64,000 nucleotides of DNA from an uncultured Chloroflexia bacterium. Lineage in GTDB: Bacteria > Chloroflexota > Limnocylindria > Limnocylindrales > CSP1-4. Shown here piece after piece: positions 21,421-31,577 of this stretch. The DNA lies in contig CAVYIM010000009.1 in the NCBI GenBank assembly GCA_963768655.1, positions 1 through 64,000 on the forward strand, read 5' to 3'. The translations under genes and the position numbers were made by a program. Position 1 is the first letter of the stretch, and every line of letters starts with the position of its first letter. Below the pieces are notes generated by a model, which was given only the letters and a program-made list of their open reading frames with translations, made no database searches and had not been told where the DNA came from.

Positions 21421-21615
21421 GGGGCAGTAGACTTTAGAAGCTGCCAGTCAGCCTGCTGCCCCAGTTACAAGGTCATGGGTAGGTCGGGTTAGGGTAGTCG
21501 GTGCAGCCGACGTGATAGATGCCTTTGTAGCGTGGCAGAAGACGGTCCGTCTCGGCGGGTCGACCCTTCACCGGGACAGCAACGAAGCGGCTCCTTCGGG
21601 AGCCGCTTCGGATTC
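21421..21615 (+). ncRNA. Candidate small non-coding RNA of unknown family
   Basis: Low-GC intergenic tract; TAGGCT -10 at 21412; 5' hairpin GGGGCAGTAG..CTGCTGCCCC; 3' 12-bp hairpin with UUCG loop. Confidence 0.4.
21583..21610 (+). terminator. Perfect 12-bp hairpin with cUUCGg tetraloop
   Basis: CGAAGCGGCTCC-TTCG-GGAGCCGCTTCG. Confidence 0.65.
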
Positions 21616-21796
21616 TCGGGCAGTCTTGGGGGCTGCCGCGACTGCCGGGACGTCGCGTCCCAGATGCCGCATCAACCCGGTCAACTGCTCGGGGGCCGTC
21701 CGGCGCCCGAGAGACGCCGCTCCCCCGGACCGCCCGCCGCTGCTATTCTTGGCTCCCGCGCGGCCGGTCGACTTCGACCGGGCCCGGTGGTATCGC

Positions 21797-21872
21797 GCGC
21801 CTGTAGCTCAGCGGATAGAGCGTCGGCCTCCGGAGCCGAAGGTCGCAGGTTCGAATCCTGTCGGGCGCGCCA
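21797..21872 (+). tRNA. tRNA-Arg (CCG)
   Basis: GCGCCTGTAGCTCAGCGGATAGAGC..CTCCGGA..GGTTCGAATCC..GGGCGCGCCA. Confidence 0.97.
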
Positions 21873-21902
21873 TTGTCGGGCGCGCCAATGTCGGGCGCGC
21901 CA
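21859..21902 (+). repeat. Three tandem copies of the tRNA-Arg 3' 14-mer TGTCGGGCGCGCCA
   Basis: Copies at 21859, 21874 and 21889 (15-nt period). Confidence 0.9.
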
Positions 21903-22148
21903 GGGCCGACTCTGGCGCGAGTTCCACCTCTTGCGGCAACGCCGTGGCGAGCCCCTACACGTACGCGCCGGGCATGAGGCGCACCCGGACGATCGCCCGA
22001 TCGTGCGGCGGGGAGCCGCGCTGGCCGCCAAATCGCCTACATCGATGCGGCAGTGCGCCGACTCCTCCGTTGATTGGTCGTTTCGTGCAACTGGGTCGGA
22101 CTGCACCCCGGGCGGGCCGACCCGGACGGCCTGCTCAGGTATGGACAG

Positions 22149-22910
22149 ATGGCAGACGGACACAGCCCCGAAAACGAGCTAGCACTCCTGGACCGGGTGC
22201 TCGTCGAAGCTGACATCGATGGTCGCCCGGCATCGTTGCGAGCGGTGATCGTGCGGATCTGCCCGACCGAGCTGTGGCTCGGCCTGGCGTCGCCCGACGA
22301 ACGCCTGGAGACGATGGCGGCTGACCAGACGGTCCGACTCACGGTCTCTCGCGAGGGAGCCGCCCTGACGAGCCAGTCGCGCTTCCTCCGACCGCTCCAG
22401 GGCAGCCGGCTGCGCGTATTCGCGGTCTCCTGGCCCGGCGTCCTCGAACGGGTTCAACGACGAGCCCATGTTCGCTACCAGTTCGACTGGCCGATCCACT
22501 TCCGTCGCCTCGACCCGACCACACGGGAGCCGTACGGCCCGGTAGCCAGCGGCACGACGGTGAACGTCAGCGCGGGCGGGCTGCTCTTCGAGTGCGACAC
22601 TCCCGTGAACGTCGATGAAGAACTGGAACTCACGCTGCCCCTCTTCGGCGGCGATGGGGTCAAGATGGACGGCGTCGTGCTGCGAGTCCGAGCAGCGGAC
22701 GAGGGAGAGTCCGGCGGGGACTGCGGGCTCGATCGCACCGAGGCGGCGGTCAAGTTCACGCGCATCACGGCCGTCGACCAGGAGCGCATTGTGCGGTTCA
22801 TCCTGCTCACCGAACATCGTCGCCGCGAGGCGGTACTTCACCCGCTACACGTTCGGGGATCAGAACAGGTGGCGGCCACGCAACTGGCGGTTCCTCGAGA
22901 CGCAGAGTAG
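22149..22910 (+). CDS. PilZ domain protein (YcgR flagellar-brake-like)
   Basis: c-di-GMP motifs QRRAHVR (RxxxR) and NVSAGG (D/NxSxxG). Confidence 0.85.
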   Translation: MADGHSPENELALLDRVLVEADIDGRPASLRAVIVRICPTELWLGLASPDERLETMAADQTVRLTVSREGAALTSQSRFLRPLQGSRLRVFAVSWPGVLERVQRRAHVRYQFDWPIHFRRLDPTTREPYGPVASGTTVNVSAGGLLFECDTPVNVDEELELTLPLFGGDGVKMDGVVLRVRAADEGESGGDCGLDRTEAAVKFTRITAVDQERIVRFILLTEHRRREAVLHPLHVRGSEQVAATQLAVPRDAE

Positions 22911-23176
22911 GCGCGCGCTGAGCCGGCGCCGGGCGCAGTCGGTGGGCCCCGCCGCCCGAGCGGGGAGGCGGGTCTACGAGGAGACGACCCTCTCTGGCGA
23001 GAAGGGCGTCGTCTTCATGGGACTCCAGACTCGATGACAGGGGCTGGACAAGAGGCGCCCGGTCGCGGCGGGCTTCATCGAGCCGTCTGGACAAGCTGGC
23101 TGCTCACCTCTCCCCGCAGGGCTGACGGGTGGGCAGCGGGTCCCGCGCACCGGACGCCGGTTGCGGCTCGCCTGCT

Positions 23177-25891
23177 TCAGGAGGCTCGGCGCAGACCCTC
23201 ACGCCTCTCCGGATAGGCGACCACCGCCGCCGTGCCGGCATTGGCTGCCTGAGGTCTGCCCGAGGCCACGCGGTATTCTGCCGCCCTGCCAGCCCGATCG
23301 AGCTTGAACAGCGCCACCACGGCCTCGAGACTCGTCGCCAGCTCCGTCAGGCTAGCCGCGGACGCCATCACCTCTTCGGCCTGGGCGCTCATCTCCTCCG
23401 TGGCGGCGGAGACCTCTTCAGCCGACGCGGAGTTCTCCTCCGCGACCGCGGCGATGGACTCGGTCGACTCAGTGACGGCTCTGGCGCTGTCGAGCATGTC
23501 CACGGAGGCCTCCGACGTAGACGTGACCGTGCGCCAGATAACGGCCGCGGACGACTCGGCCTGGTCGACGCCGGCCTTGATGGCCTCGTGGGCATTGCCG
23601 ATCCGCGCGAACGCCGTCTCGCGGGCCCCGGCGGCGATGCCGATCTCGGTCAGGGCGGCCGTCGAGGCCTCGGCCAGTCGAGCGCCATCGTCCACCTCGG
23701 CCGCTCCGACGTGCATCGCGTCGACGGCGGCTCCGGTCTCACGCTGGACTTCGGCGATCAACTCGCCGATCTCCTTGGTGGCGCGGCTGGCTCGCTCGGC
23801 CAGCTTGCGGACCTCGTCGGCTACGACGGCGAAGCCCTTGCCCTGCTCGCCGGCCCGGGCGGCCTCGATGGCGGCGTTGAGCGCCAGCAGGTTGGTCTGC
23901 TCGGCGATGTCGTCGATCGTCTCAACGATCGCGCCGATCTGGTCGGACTTGGCCCCGAGCGCAGAGACGGTCTCGCTCGCCTGGGAGACCGCAGACTTGA
24001 TGTGAGCCATCTTGGCGGCCGTCTCCTGGGCGGAGGAAGTGCCTTTGCTGACCGCCTCCGCGGCTCGCTCGGCCAGCGGCTCGATCTCACGCGAGGCCTG
24101 GTCGGCCACGACCATCGCCGCCTTCACCTGCTCGATGGCGGCCCGGTTGGCATCCATGCCGGAGGCGGCCTGCTTGGCGTCGTTGGCGACCCGCGAGATG
24201 AGCCCGTTCAGCACGCCGACGGCTCTCGCGGCATCCGACGCCGCTCGCGCCTGATCGGTCGCGCCCGCGGCCACCTGCCCGATCGTCGCGGCGATCTGGG
24301 TCGAGGCCTGGCCCGACTGGCTCGCCGCCGCGTCGAGATTAGCCGAGCTTGACGACAGCGTCACAGCCCTCTCCTGGACCTCGGCCAGGGCGTCGCTCAT
24401 GCGGGCTCGCGCGACCTCGTACGAGGCCGTCGCCGCGTGGAGAGACGCAAGCATCGAGTTCGCCGCGGCGGCCGTCTGACCGATCTCGTCCTTGCCGGGC
24501 TGGGCGATGGGCGCCGTCCGTTGCCCGACACGCGTCGTGAGGTCGCCCGCGGCGATGGCGTCGAGTCCCGTCTGCAGGTCCACGACCTCACCTTCGGCCA
24601 CGGACGAGACGAGCCGCTGGACGGATCGAGCACCTCGCCCGATGCGCCGGCCCAGGAACCAGCCGCCGATAGAGACGAGAAGTGTGAACAGCAGGCCGCA
24701 CCCGATCGTGGTCAGGACGATGTTGTCGCGGCTAGCGTTGAGCCGGCCCTGGAAGCTGGTGAAGTCGTCCTGGTAGCCGGCCACTCCGATGACCCAATCC
24801 CACGGCGCGAAGTAGCTCACGTAGGCGATCTTGGTGCGAGCCGCGGTCTCTCCGGGGTTCTGCCAGGGGTAGGTGTCCACGGCGACCTGGCCGGGCGAGA
24901 GTGCCACACCGTCATTCACGAGCATCTGTATCGGGTAGTTGCCCTGTGCGTCCTCGGTATCCCAGATGTCCTCGCCGTCTCGCGTCCCGCCCTTGGACAG
25001 GATGTAGTAGCCCCGGCGATCGCCGTGTCCGCCGATCACCCAGACATAGCCGGTCGTGCCCACGGTCGTGTTGAGCATCGTCTGGCGCAGGGTCCCGCCG
25101 GCGAACTGATCGAGCCCCAGGACCAGCGCGCCTAGGACGCGACCAGCTTGGTCCCTGATGGGGGTGGCCGCGATCTCGCACCAGGTCGCGCCGAGCTGCG
25201 CGGGGCCGCGGTACTCGGTGCCCCCCAGCGCAGCGGTCACGAACGGATCGGCCGATCCGTCGGCGTCGGTCGCCGGCACCAGCGTGCCGATCGCCCGGCT
25301 CTTGCCGTCGGCCGTGAGGTCGGTGGCGGCGACGGCCAGCAGACCCGTACCGGTTCCGTCCAGCTGGTACACGGCCACCTGGGTGCCGGTCGTCTTGGCC
25401 AGTCCGTCGATCGACGGGACCTCGCTGGTCGGATCGGTCACCTGCCCGAGCCAGGTTCCGCCGAGGTCGAGCCGGGGCAGGGTCAGCTGCTCCGTCTTGC
25501 CGGAAGCCTGGTCGGTCGCCGTCCAGGTCGTGGTGGTCGTTTCCTCGGCGAAACCGCCGAGCCCCTGCACCGCGTCGACCGCCATCGGCAGAGCGATGTC
25601 GAGCTGCTTTGTGAGCGAGTCGTACTGGAGGCTTACCAGGCTAGCCATGTCCAGCGAGAGTTGTTTGAGGTAGGTCGAATTCTGTGCGTCGGATTCGTCG
25701 ATCGCCTGCTTGGTGAGGCCGTCAACCTGGTTCGTGTCGACGACGGTGAGGGCCACCGTCATGAACAAGGTGCCGATGAGAGTGATGGCCGTCAGCTTGA
25801 CCGTCAGGCTGCCCGACAGCCGCGCAGCGATCCGCCCTACTCTGGACCGGCGGCCTGTGCCGCCGACCTGGGAGCCTGTGTTCCTGTGCAC
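23177..25891 (-). CDS. Methyl-accepting chemotaxis protein with Cache-type sensor, HAMP and MCP signal domains
   Basis: Two TM helices; [38 protein letters not shown]; likely native GTG at 25891 (the track ORF begins inside the IS). Confidence 0.93.
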   Translation of the reverse strand: MHRNTGSQVGGTGRRSRVGRIAARLSGSLTVKLTAITLIGTLFMTVALTVVDTNQVDGLTKQAIDESDAQNSTYLKQLSLDMASLVSLQYDSLTKQLDIALPMAVDAVQGLGGFAEETTTTTWTATDQASGKTEQLTLPRLDLGGTWLGQVTDPTSEVPSIDGLAKTTGTQVAVYQLDGTGTGLLAVAATDLTADGKSRAIGTLVPATDADGSADPFVTAALGGTEYRGPAQLGATWCEIAATPIRDQAGRVLGALVLGLDQFAGGTLRQTMLNTTVGTTGYVWVIGGHGDRRGYYILSKGGTRDGEDIWDTEDAQGNYPIQMLVNDGVALSPGQVAVDTYPWQNPGETAARTKIAYVSYFAPWDWVIGVAGYQDDFTSFQGRLNASRDNIVLTTIGCGLLFTLLVSIGGWFLGRRIGRGARSVQRLVSSVAEGEVVDLQTGLDAIAAGDLTTRVGQRTAPIAQPGKDEIGQTAAAANSMLASLHAATASYEVARARMSDALAEVQERAVTLSSSSANLDAAASQSGQASTQIAATIGQVAAGATDQARAASDAARAVGVLNGLISRVANDAKQAASGMDANRAAIEQVKAAMVVADQASREIEPLAERAAEAVSKGTSSAQETAAKMAHIKSAVSQASETVSALGAKSDQIGAIVETIDDIAEQTNLLALNAAIEAARAGEQGKGFAVVADEVRKLAERASRATKEIGELIAEVQRETGAAVDAMHVGAAEVDDGARLAEASTAALTEIGIAAGARETAFARIGNAHEAIKAGVDQAESSAAVIWRTVTSTSEASVDMLDSARAVTESTESIAAVAEENSASAEEVSAATEEMSAQAEEVMASAASLTELATSLEAVVALFKLDRAGRAAEYRVASGRPQAANAGTAAVVAYPERREGLRRAS

Positions 25892-25909
25892 CGAGGACCT
25901 GCCTTCGCG

Positions 25910-27398
25910 GAGGATGTCCCGCTCGTCGTGGAATTTCAGTGAGGGTCGGGTCTCCAGGTTGCTGATCATATCGGTTGGTTGGTAGCGCTCGCCTCGCTTT
26001 CGATGTGGAGCTCGCGCTTTAGCGCAGCGGCAAGAATGGGCAGCTCCCGATAGCCGCAGACTCGGCGGAACTGAGCCTCTGCGGCGAGCATCCCAGCGGC
26101 GGCCCAGCGCAGCGCCATCTCGCCCGACTCCCAGTTCTTCACCCGGCGGGCGTGCGTCTTGACGATCTCGATCATCGATTCCATCGGGTTGGTCGACTCG
26201 AGCGTCCTCCAGAGCGAGCCGCTGATGCCCAGACGCGTCAGGGTGAGCGTGTCGTCGAGCCCCTCGCGCAGCGACGCGGCGGCTCCCGGACGGCTGTGGG
26301 CCAGACTGCGGGCCAGGGAGTGGAGGGCCGCCTTCGCCCTGTCCGGATCTCGCTCGGCCCAGGCGGCCCGAAGCCGGCGCTGGGCGAGCGGTCGTTCGAT
26401 CTCGGGCAGGTGCTCTAGAACGTTGCGCTCTTTGTGGCGATGGCAGCGATGGATCGCCACGCCTTTGCCCAAGAAGGTGGGGATGGCCGAACCGATGGCG
26501 GAGCCGCCGTCGACGACGAAGAGGACGCCTGCGCTTGTGTCCAGACCGCGATCGCGCAAGTCCGCCAGGAGCGCGTTGACCACCGCGCTGTTCTCGGTCG
26601 TGCCCTCGACCACGCCGAGGGGCACCTTGTGGCCGGCGGCGTCGATCCCGAGCGCGCCTACGAGCAGGTGATCGCCCAGGCGAAAGCCATCGAGCATGAG
26701 CACGAGGTAGCGGCGGTCGTCGAGTCTGCGCCCGAGCAGCTCAGCCAGGCGCTCTGCCGTGGCGGCGAGGAAGCGGCGGCTGACGGCGGCGTGGCTGGTC
26801 GAGACGGCGGCCTCCTCGATGGCCTCGCCAACAGGCTCGAGGCCAACCGGATAGTCGCGAGTCGAGAGCCCCGCGAGCATCCGGGCGACGATCCCGTCGG
26901 CGAGCAGATCGCTGGCTCTCGCGGCCTCGTAGGTCGCGAGCGGCAGCTCGGCTGCTCCATCGGCACTTCGCACACGTGGCCGCTCGACGCGGAGTCGGCG
27001 GCCGCCCAGGGTCACGGTTCCGGCTTCACTGCCATGGCGATAGGCAACTCGATCCGCTCGGTGGCGGCCGCGTGGGCCGGCCAGGCCGTCAACCTCAGCC
27101 GCCATCAGCTCGTCGAGGACCTCGAGGCCGACCGCGGTCGAAGCGGCCAGCAGGCCCTCGCGCAGATGGCTCGCGAACGTGGCGAGATGGCCCTCGAGCC
27201 GCCCTGTCAGCTCAGCAGGAAGCTGGTGAACGAGACGGCGAGGTCGGCGGCATCGCTTCTCAGGGCGGGGCCGGACGTGGGACGATGGCATGGGTTCCTC
27301 CAGTTCGACTTTCCGGGTCTCCCGTAGCGTGACAGCTCACGCTCCGGGCTGGAGGACCCACCCCTCAACTCAAATTCCACGGAACTCGGGACAACCTC
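25910..27398 (-). mobile_element. IS256-family insertion sequence, copy 1 (1489 bp)
   Basis: Imperfect TIRs GAGG(T/A)TGTCCCG..CGTGGAATTT.AGT; 9-bp target duplication GCCTTCGCG at 25901-25909 and 27399-27407. Confidence 0.95.
25966..27291 (-). CDS. IS256-family (mutator) DDE transposase
   Basis: [20 protein letters not shown] (CxxH), STNPMES. Confidence 0.93.
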   Translation of the reverse strand: MPSSHVRPRPEKRCRRPRRLVHQLPAELTGRLEGHLATFASHLREGLLAASTAVGLEVLDELMAAEVDGLAGPRGRHRADRVAYRHGSEAGTVTLGGRRLRVERPRVRSADGAAELPLATYEAARASDLLADGIVARMLAGLSTRDYPVGLEPVGEAIEEAAVSTSHAAVSRRFLAATAERLAELLGRRLDDRRYLVLMLDGFRLGDHLLVGALGIDAAGHKVPLGVVEGTTENSAVVNALLADLRDRGLDTSAGVLFVVDGGSAIGSAIPTFLGKGVAIHRCHRHKERNVLEHLPEIERPLAQRRLRAAWAERDPDRAKAALHSLARSLAHSRPGAAASLREGLDDTLTLTRLGISGSLWRTLESTNPMESMIEIVKTHARRVKNWESGEMALRWAAAGMLAAEAQFRRVCGYRELPILAAALKRELHIESEASATNQPI

Positions 27399-27450
27399 GC
27401 CTTCGCGGGGGATATCCTGGTTCTGGACGAGTGGACCCCGCAGACAAGGG

Positions 27451-27478
27451 GTATCGGTTCGGACTCGCTGAGCCTCAA
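27451..27478 (-). promoter_or_regulatory. Possible sigma-28 (FliA/WhiG) promoter of the MCP, now separated from it by the IS
   Basis: TTGA-N16-ACCGATAC versus consensus TAAA-N15/16-GCCGATAA. Confidence 0.3.
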
Positions 27479-27619
27479 GCTGCGGGGCCGCGCCTCAGGC
27501 GGACCAGAGCATCCCGACGCAGGCGTCTTGCCGTGGGTCGGCGGCGGGGTGGTGTCTCGGGCGAGTGGGGCTCGCCTCCTTCCCGCCAACCTCGGCCATT
27601 CTCTGGCTGTACGAGCGCC

Positions 27620-29404
27620 TCAATCTCGGTTCTGGCAGGGAGCAGGCACGACTCCCGGCTGGCCGTAGTAGCGACTATCGGTCCCGAAGAGCTGGACCGA
27701 AAGGTTGGCGACCTCGTTCAGCCTGAGCCGGCTGGTCCAGGTGCCTTGCGTGAGCGTGGAGGCTGGGTGGTAGTTGTAGGGCGGCCCAAGCACGCATTGC
27801 GATATCGAGCTGAGGTGCTGCGCGGTCGCGACGTAGTTCTTGGCCGTGCTCAGGGGAAAGTTGGTCGCGATAGACTTGCCCGCGAGGGCGAGGAGGCTCC
27901 CGAGCTTGGGCAGCATCGCCGGAGTCGCCATCTTCTTCTCGAGAGCTACGAGCACGATCTGCTGACGGTGCGCGCGCTCGTAGTCGTTGGTCGTCTCTCG
28001 TGATCTGACGTACTTGAGGGCTGTCGGCCCGTCCAGGTGGACAGGACCCGCCGGAATGTACGTGCACGTCGAAGGATCGTTGAGGAGAGTCGGGTTGTCG
28101 ATGTCCACGCCGCCGACGAGATCGATCATCTGTGAGAAACCGTCGATGTCGATCTCGGCGTAGTAGTTGACCCGCACGCCCACGAGCCAGCCGACTTCGT
28201 TCGCCAGGGTGACCATGGGCGAATCGGGCGACCCGAACCGCCCCGCCGCGATGGCATTGGCGAACTCGTTGATCTTGAAGGTGGTCGGGGCCTGACCGCC
28301 CCAGTAGAAGGGGAAGGCGGACGTGTCTCGAGGCACGCTGACCATGGCGACCGTTCGGGTCTGGAGGTCGAGGCTCACCAGCATCAGCGTGTCGGTCAAG
28401 GCGTGATGTCGGCCCTGCATGAAGTCCACGCCCGCGAGCAGGATTGTCACCCAATTCGGGTCGGTGCCTGGGCCCCAGGTCGGGCTCGGTGATGGCGAGA
28501 TCGCGGGTGACGGTGTTTGCAGCGGCGAGGCACTGACGGTCTGAGCGGAAGTCGGGCCCGGTGACGGCGAGATCCTGGGAGACGCGGACGGCGACGCCGA
28601 CGCCGACGGCGACGGCGAGCCACTGCCGGTTGAAGGGGAAGCCGGGCCCGGGACTGACGTCAGCACGAAGGGCATCGGTGATGCGGCGACATCAGCCAAT
28701 TCGTTCGAGGGGATCGGCTGGACATCACCCGAAGCGCCGCAGGGCGAACCGGGGGATGGCGAGATCTCTGGGCTGGCGGATGGCAGTGGCGAGGAACCTT
28801 GGGTCGGCCCGTTACTCGGGCTTGGACCTGCGATCAACAGGGAGGGCGTGAGGGAGGGGGTTAGGAAGGGCGTGGGCGAGGCTGCGATGTCGGCGAAGTC
28901 GTTCGAGGCCATCTGCTGGGCCGCGCTGTAGGCATCGAAGGCGTTGGAGAAGACCACATCGCCCATGCCCAACGTCAAGACGAGGAGGATGGCCAGGGCG
29001 GCGCCGGCCCACAAACCGATGCGTCTCGGGCGCTCGACGAGGAACGGATGCGCGATCGACGCGACGCGCCAGGCAGTGAAGGCAGCGGCCACGATCATGA
29101 CCGTCAGCGCATAGCTCTCGTCCAGCATGCCGAGGGCGAAATAGACCAGACCCTGGCTGAGCTGAAGTACTGTCCAGAGGACCACGAACATAGCTGGAAC
29201 GGCAAAGACGATCGCGGAGACGCGGCGGCCCAGGTACAGCTGGCCGGCGCCAGGGAACACGAATGACAGTCCCGCGGCCAACAGCGGCGACTTTGCGGCG
29301 CGGGAAGCGGATGTCGAGGCCCCCGCCGCTGGCTTCTCCGTTGGGGGCGCTCCGGTTGCTGGCGCAGGTGGGTCAGCCTGCGGCGATGGCGAGCTGGTTT
29401 CCAC
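27620..29404 (-). CDS. LCP (LytR-CpsA-Psr) family protein with multi-TM N-terminus and Ser/Pro linker
   Basis: TILLAGVD, TDTLMLVS, MVSVPRD, ALKYVRSR, DYERAHRQQ. Confidence 0.92.
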   Translation of the reverse strand: METSSPSPQADPPAPATGAPPTEKPAAGASTSASRAAKSPLLAAGLSFVFPGAGQLYLGRRVSAIVFAVPAMFVVLWTVLQLSQGLVYFALGMLDESYALTVMIVAAAFTAWRVASIAHPFLVERPRRIGLWAGAALAILLVLTLGMGDVVFSNAFDAYSAAQQMASNDFADIAASPTPFLTPSLTPSLLIAGPSPSNGPTQGSSPLPSASPEISPSPGSPCGASGDVQPIPSNELADVAASPMPFVLTSVPGPASPSTGSGSPSPSASASPSASPRISPSPGPTSAQTVSASPLQTPSPAISPSPSPTWGPGTDPNWVTILLAGVDFMQGRHHALTDTLMLVSLDLQTRTVAMVSVPRDTSAFPFYWGGQAPTTFKINEFANAIAAGRFGSPDSPMVTLANEVGWLVGVRVNYYAEIDIDGFSQMIDLVGGVDIDNPTLLNDPSTCTYIPAGPVHLDGPTALKYVRSRETTNDYERAHRQQIVLVALEKKMATPAMLPKLGSLLALAGKSIATNFPLSTAKNYVATAQHLSSISQCVLGPPYNYHPASTLTQGTWTSRLRLNEVANLSVQLFGTDSRYYGQPGVVPAPCQNRD

Positions 29405-30155
29405 GGCCTCGTGTCACTCCAGTCTCAACTGTCGCGCGGCCCCGCGCCGGGCCAGAATCCAGGCCATTCCGAGTCTGGGCGAACTGAGACGCGGTCCTGT
29501 TCGCTTTGCAGCGATCCAGTCTGCACCTGCCCGCAGAATCGTGATCGCTGCGGGCAGTGAGACCCGCGGGGAGGTGCGAGTGTGGCGGCGGCGCCGGCGC
29601 ATCTGCGACATGTCTGTCCTTGATCGGACTCGCCGGAGACCATCGCGAGTTCCTCGCCCGGGACTGCGCGGCACCGTCGGGGAGGACGGCCCAGTGGCCG
29701 TCGAAGCCGCGCCCTCGACGATCTCGCGAGCCTGCCGGGCGGCCGGTCGTCGGCCCGAGTTCAGGCTGCGGGACACCGAATCTGACCGGCCTACACTGGT
29801 AGGGTTTCGATCCGCTGTAGGAGACGGAAGTGGCCGGCAAGAAGAAGGACAAGAAGGACAAGAAGGGCTAGCAGCCCCAACCGCCCAGTCAGTACCGATG
29901 GCCCCCGGTGAGCGCCGGGGGCCATCACTCTTGCTGGCTCCCTGCCCCGATCTCGACAGCGTGGTCGGCCGAACACTGGCCCAAACGCCCGCCACGACGC
30001 GGAGCGAGCTCGCTCCGCGTCTCCTGCGACCGTCGCAGACGCTCGGAGGCCTCGGCTCACGTTCGTGACGTTCGTTCGTGGAGAGTGGTTGGTGCTGACC
30101 GATCGGCACTGTCCAATGCAAGGCGCCCCGCGTACGATTGGTACGAGGAGCATCT

Positions 30156-30413
30156 ATGGCCGACACGAGTCAGACCATCTCGAGCGTGGCGCATGCGGAG
30201 AGCGTCGCCAGCCTCGAGTGGCACGGCCTGCATCTCCACATCGTCACCCGAGAGCCGCTGTCCGCCGACCAGGTCCGCACAATCAAACGGGTGTTGCCGA
30301 AGATCGTGAGCGTGGGGCAGTTCGCCGACGTGTTGGGCATGGTCCTCGGACGTTCCGTGAGGATCAGGACCGAGCGCCCGTCGCTGGACATCCGGCTCGA
30401 GGTGGGGCTGTAG
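30156..30413 (+). CDS. Small hypothetical protein
   Basis: GAGGAG RBS, TACGAT -10 box, protein-like composition. Confidence 0.6.
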   Translation: MADTSQTISSVAHAESVASLEWHGLHLHIVTREPLSADQVRTIKRVLPKIVSVGQFADVLGMVLGRSVRIRTERPSLDIRLEVGL

Positions 30414-30585
30414 GTGTTGGTCCGCCGTCGCTCCCGCGGCGGTTCCCGGAGTGAACCCGGGGCGATGCCAGGTGACGGGCGGCCGGGCCGATGGCTATGA
30501 CATCCGCACGCGGCCGGTCCGGGAGGTCACGACCAGGTCATTGTCTTGTCGTGGACGGTCGTTCGCGTGTTCCGGTACAGGTCGG

Positions 30586-30903
30586 TCAGCTGCCGGGAGT
30601 CATGGCCATGGCCCTGTCGACGGCTTCCAGGAGAGTCTCTGCCGTGAAGGGCTTGGACAGGAACTCGATGCCCGGTTCGAGCACGCCGTCGTGCACGATG
30701 CCCTTGTCCGTGTGGCCGGACATGTACAGGACCGGCATGCCGGGCTGAGCGGCGGAGAGCCTCGTCGCCACGTCTCGTCCGCTCATGCCGGGCATGACCA
30801 CGTCGGTCAGGAGCAGCTGCACAGCCACGCCGTCCGCCGCCTCGATGGCCGCGGGACCGTCCGAGGCGGTCAGGACTCGGTCGTGAGCCTTCGACGCCCG
30901 CAT
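30586..30903 (-). pseudogene. 5'-truncated response-regulator receiver domain (remnant of a hybrid kinase tail)
   Basis: LLLTDVVMPGMSG..VLYMSG..FLSKPF present, but beta1 and the acidic pocket are missing. Confidence 0.7.
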
Positions 30904-31577
30904 CGGCGCGTCTGACCCTGATAGGCGACGAAGGGCCGGAGGGTGACCTCGTGCAGAAGGGTCGTCACTTGCGAGGGCAGGGAGGGGCTAGAGCCAGGGG
31001 TCGTTGCGAGCGCCGCGGGCACGAGGTGGTCGCTCCCATGCTTCACGCAGGTGCCGGACGAGCGCAGCACCATGACATAATCGGCGCCGATGCGCGCCTT
31101 CATATTCGATCTCGATGGCACCCTCGTTGACACCGTCTACGCCCACGTGGTGGCCTGGCAGAGGACGCTTCAGGAAGCCGGCATACCCATCGACGGCTGG
31201 CGCATCCACCGCCGCATCGGCATGAGCGGCGGACTGTTCACCCGGGCGCTGGCGCGAGAGATCGGCCGACCGCTCTCGACCGAAGAACAGGATCGGCTGC
31301 AGCGTCGACACGGCGAGTTGTACCTGGAGATGCTTCCGTCGCGGCGACCCCTGCCCGGCGCGCGGGACCTGCTTCGGGCGCTCCACGAGGGCGGAGTGCC
31401 GTTCGGCATCGCAACGTCGGGCCTGCATCCGGAGATCGACGCCTCACTCGACGCGCTGGACGTGCCCGCCGACGTCGTCGTCCTCGACCGCGGTGACGTA
31501 CTGCGTGCCAAGCCCGAGCCGGACCTCTTCCTGGCCTGTCAGCAACGCATGGGTGTGCGGCGCGAGGATTGCTACGT

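Noticed and set aside
21512-22213. Long ORFs spanning the sRNA candidate and tRNA-Arg
   Set aside because: They overlap a clear tRNA and have the Arg/Pro/Ala-rich composition of GC-rich shadow frames
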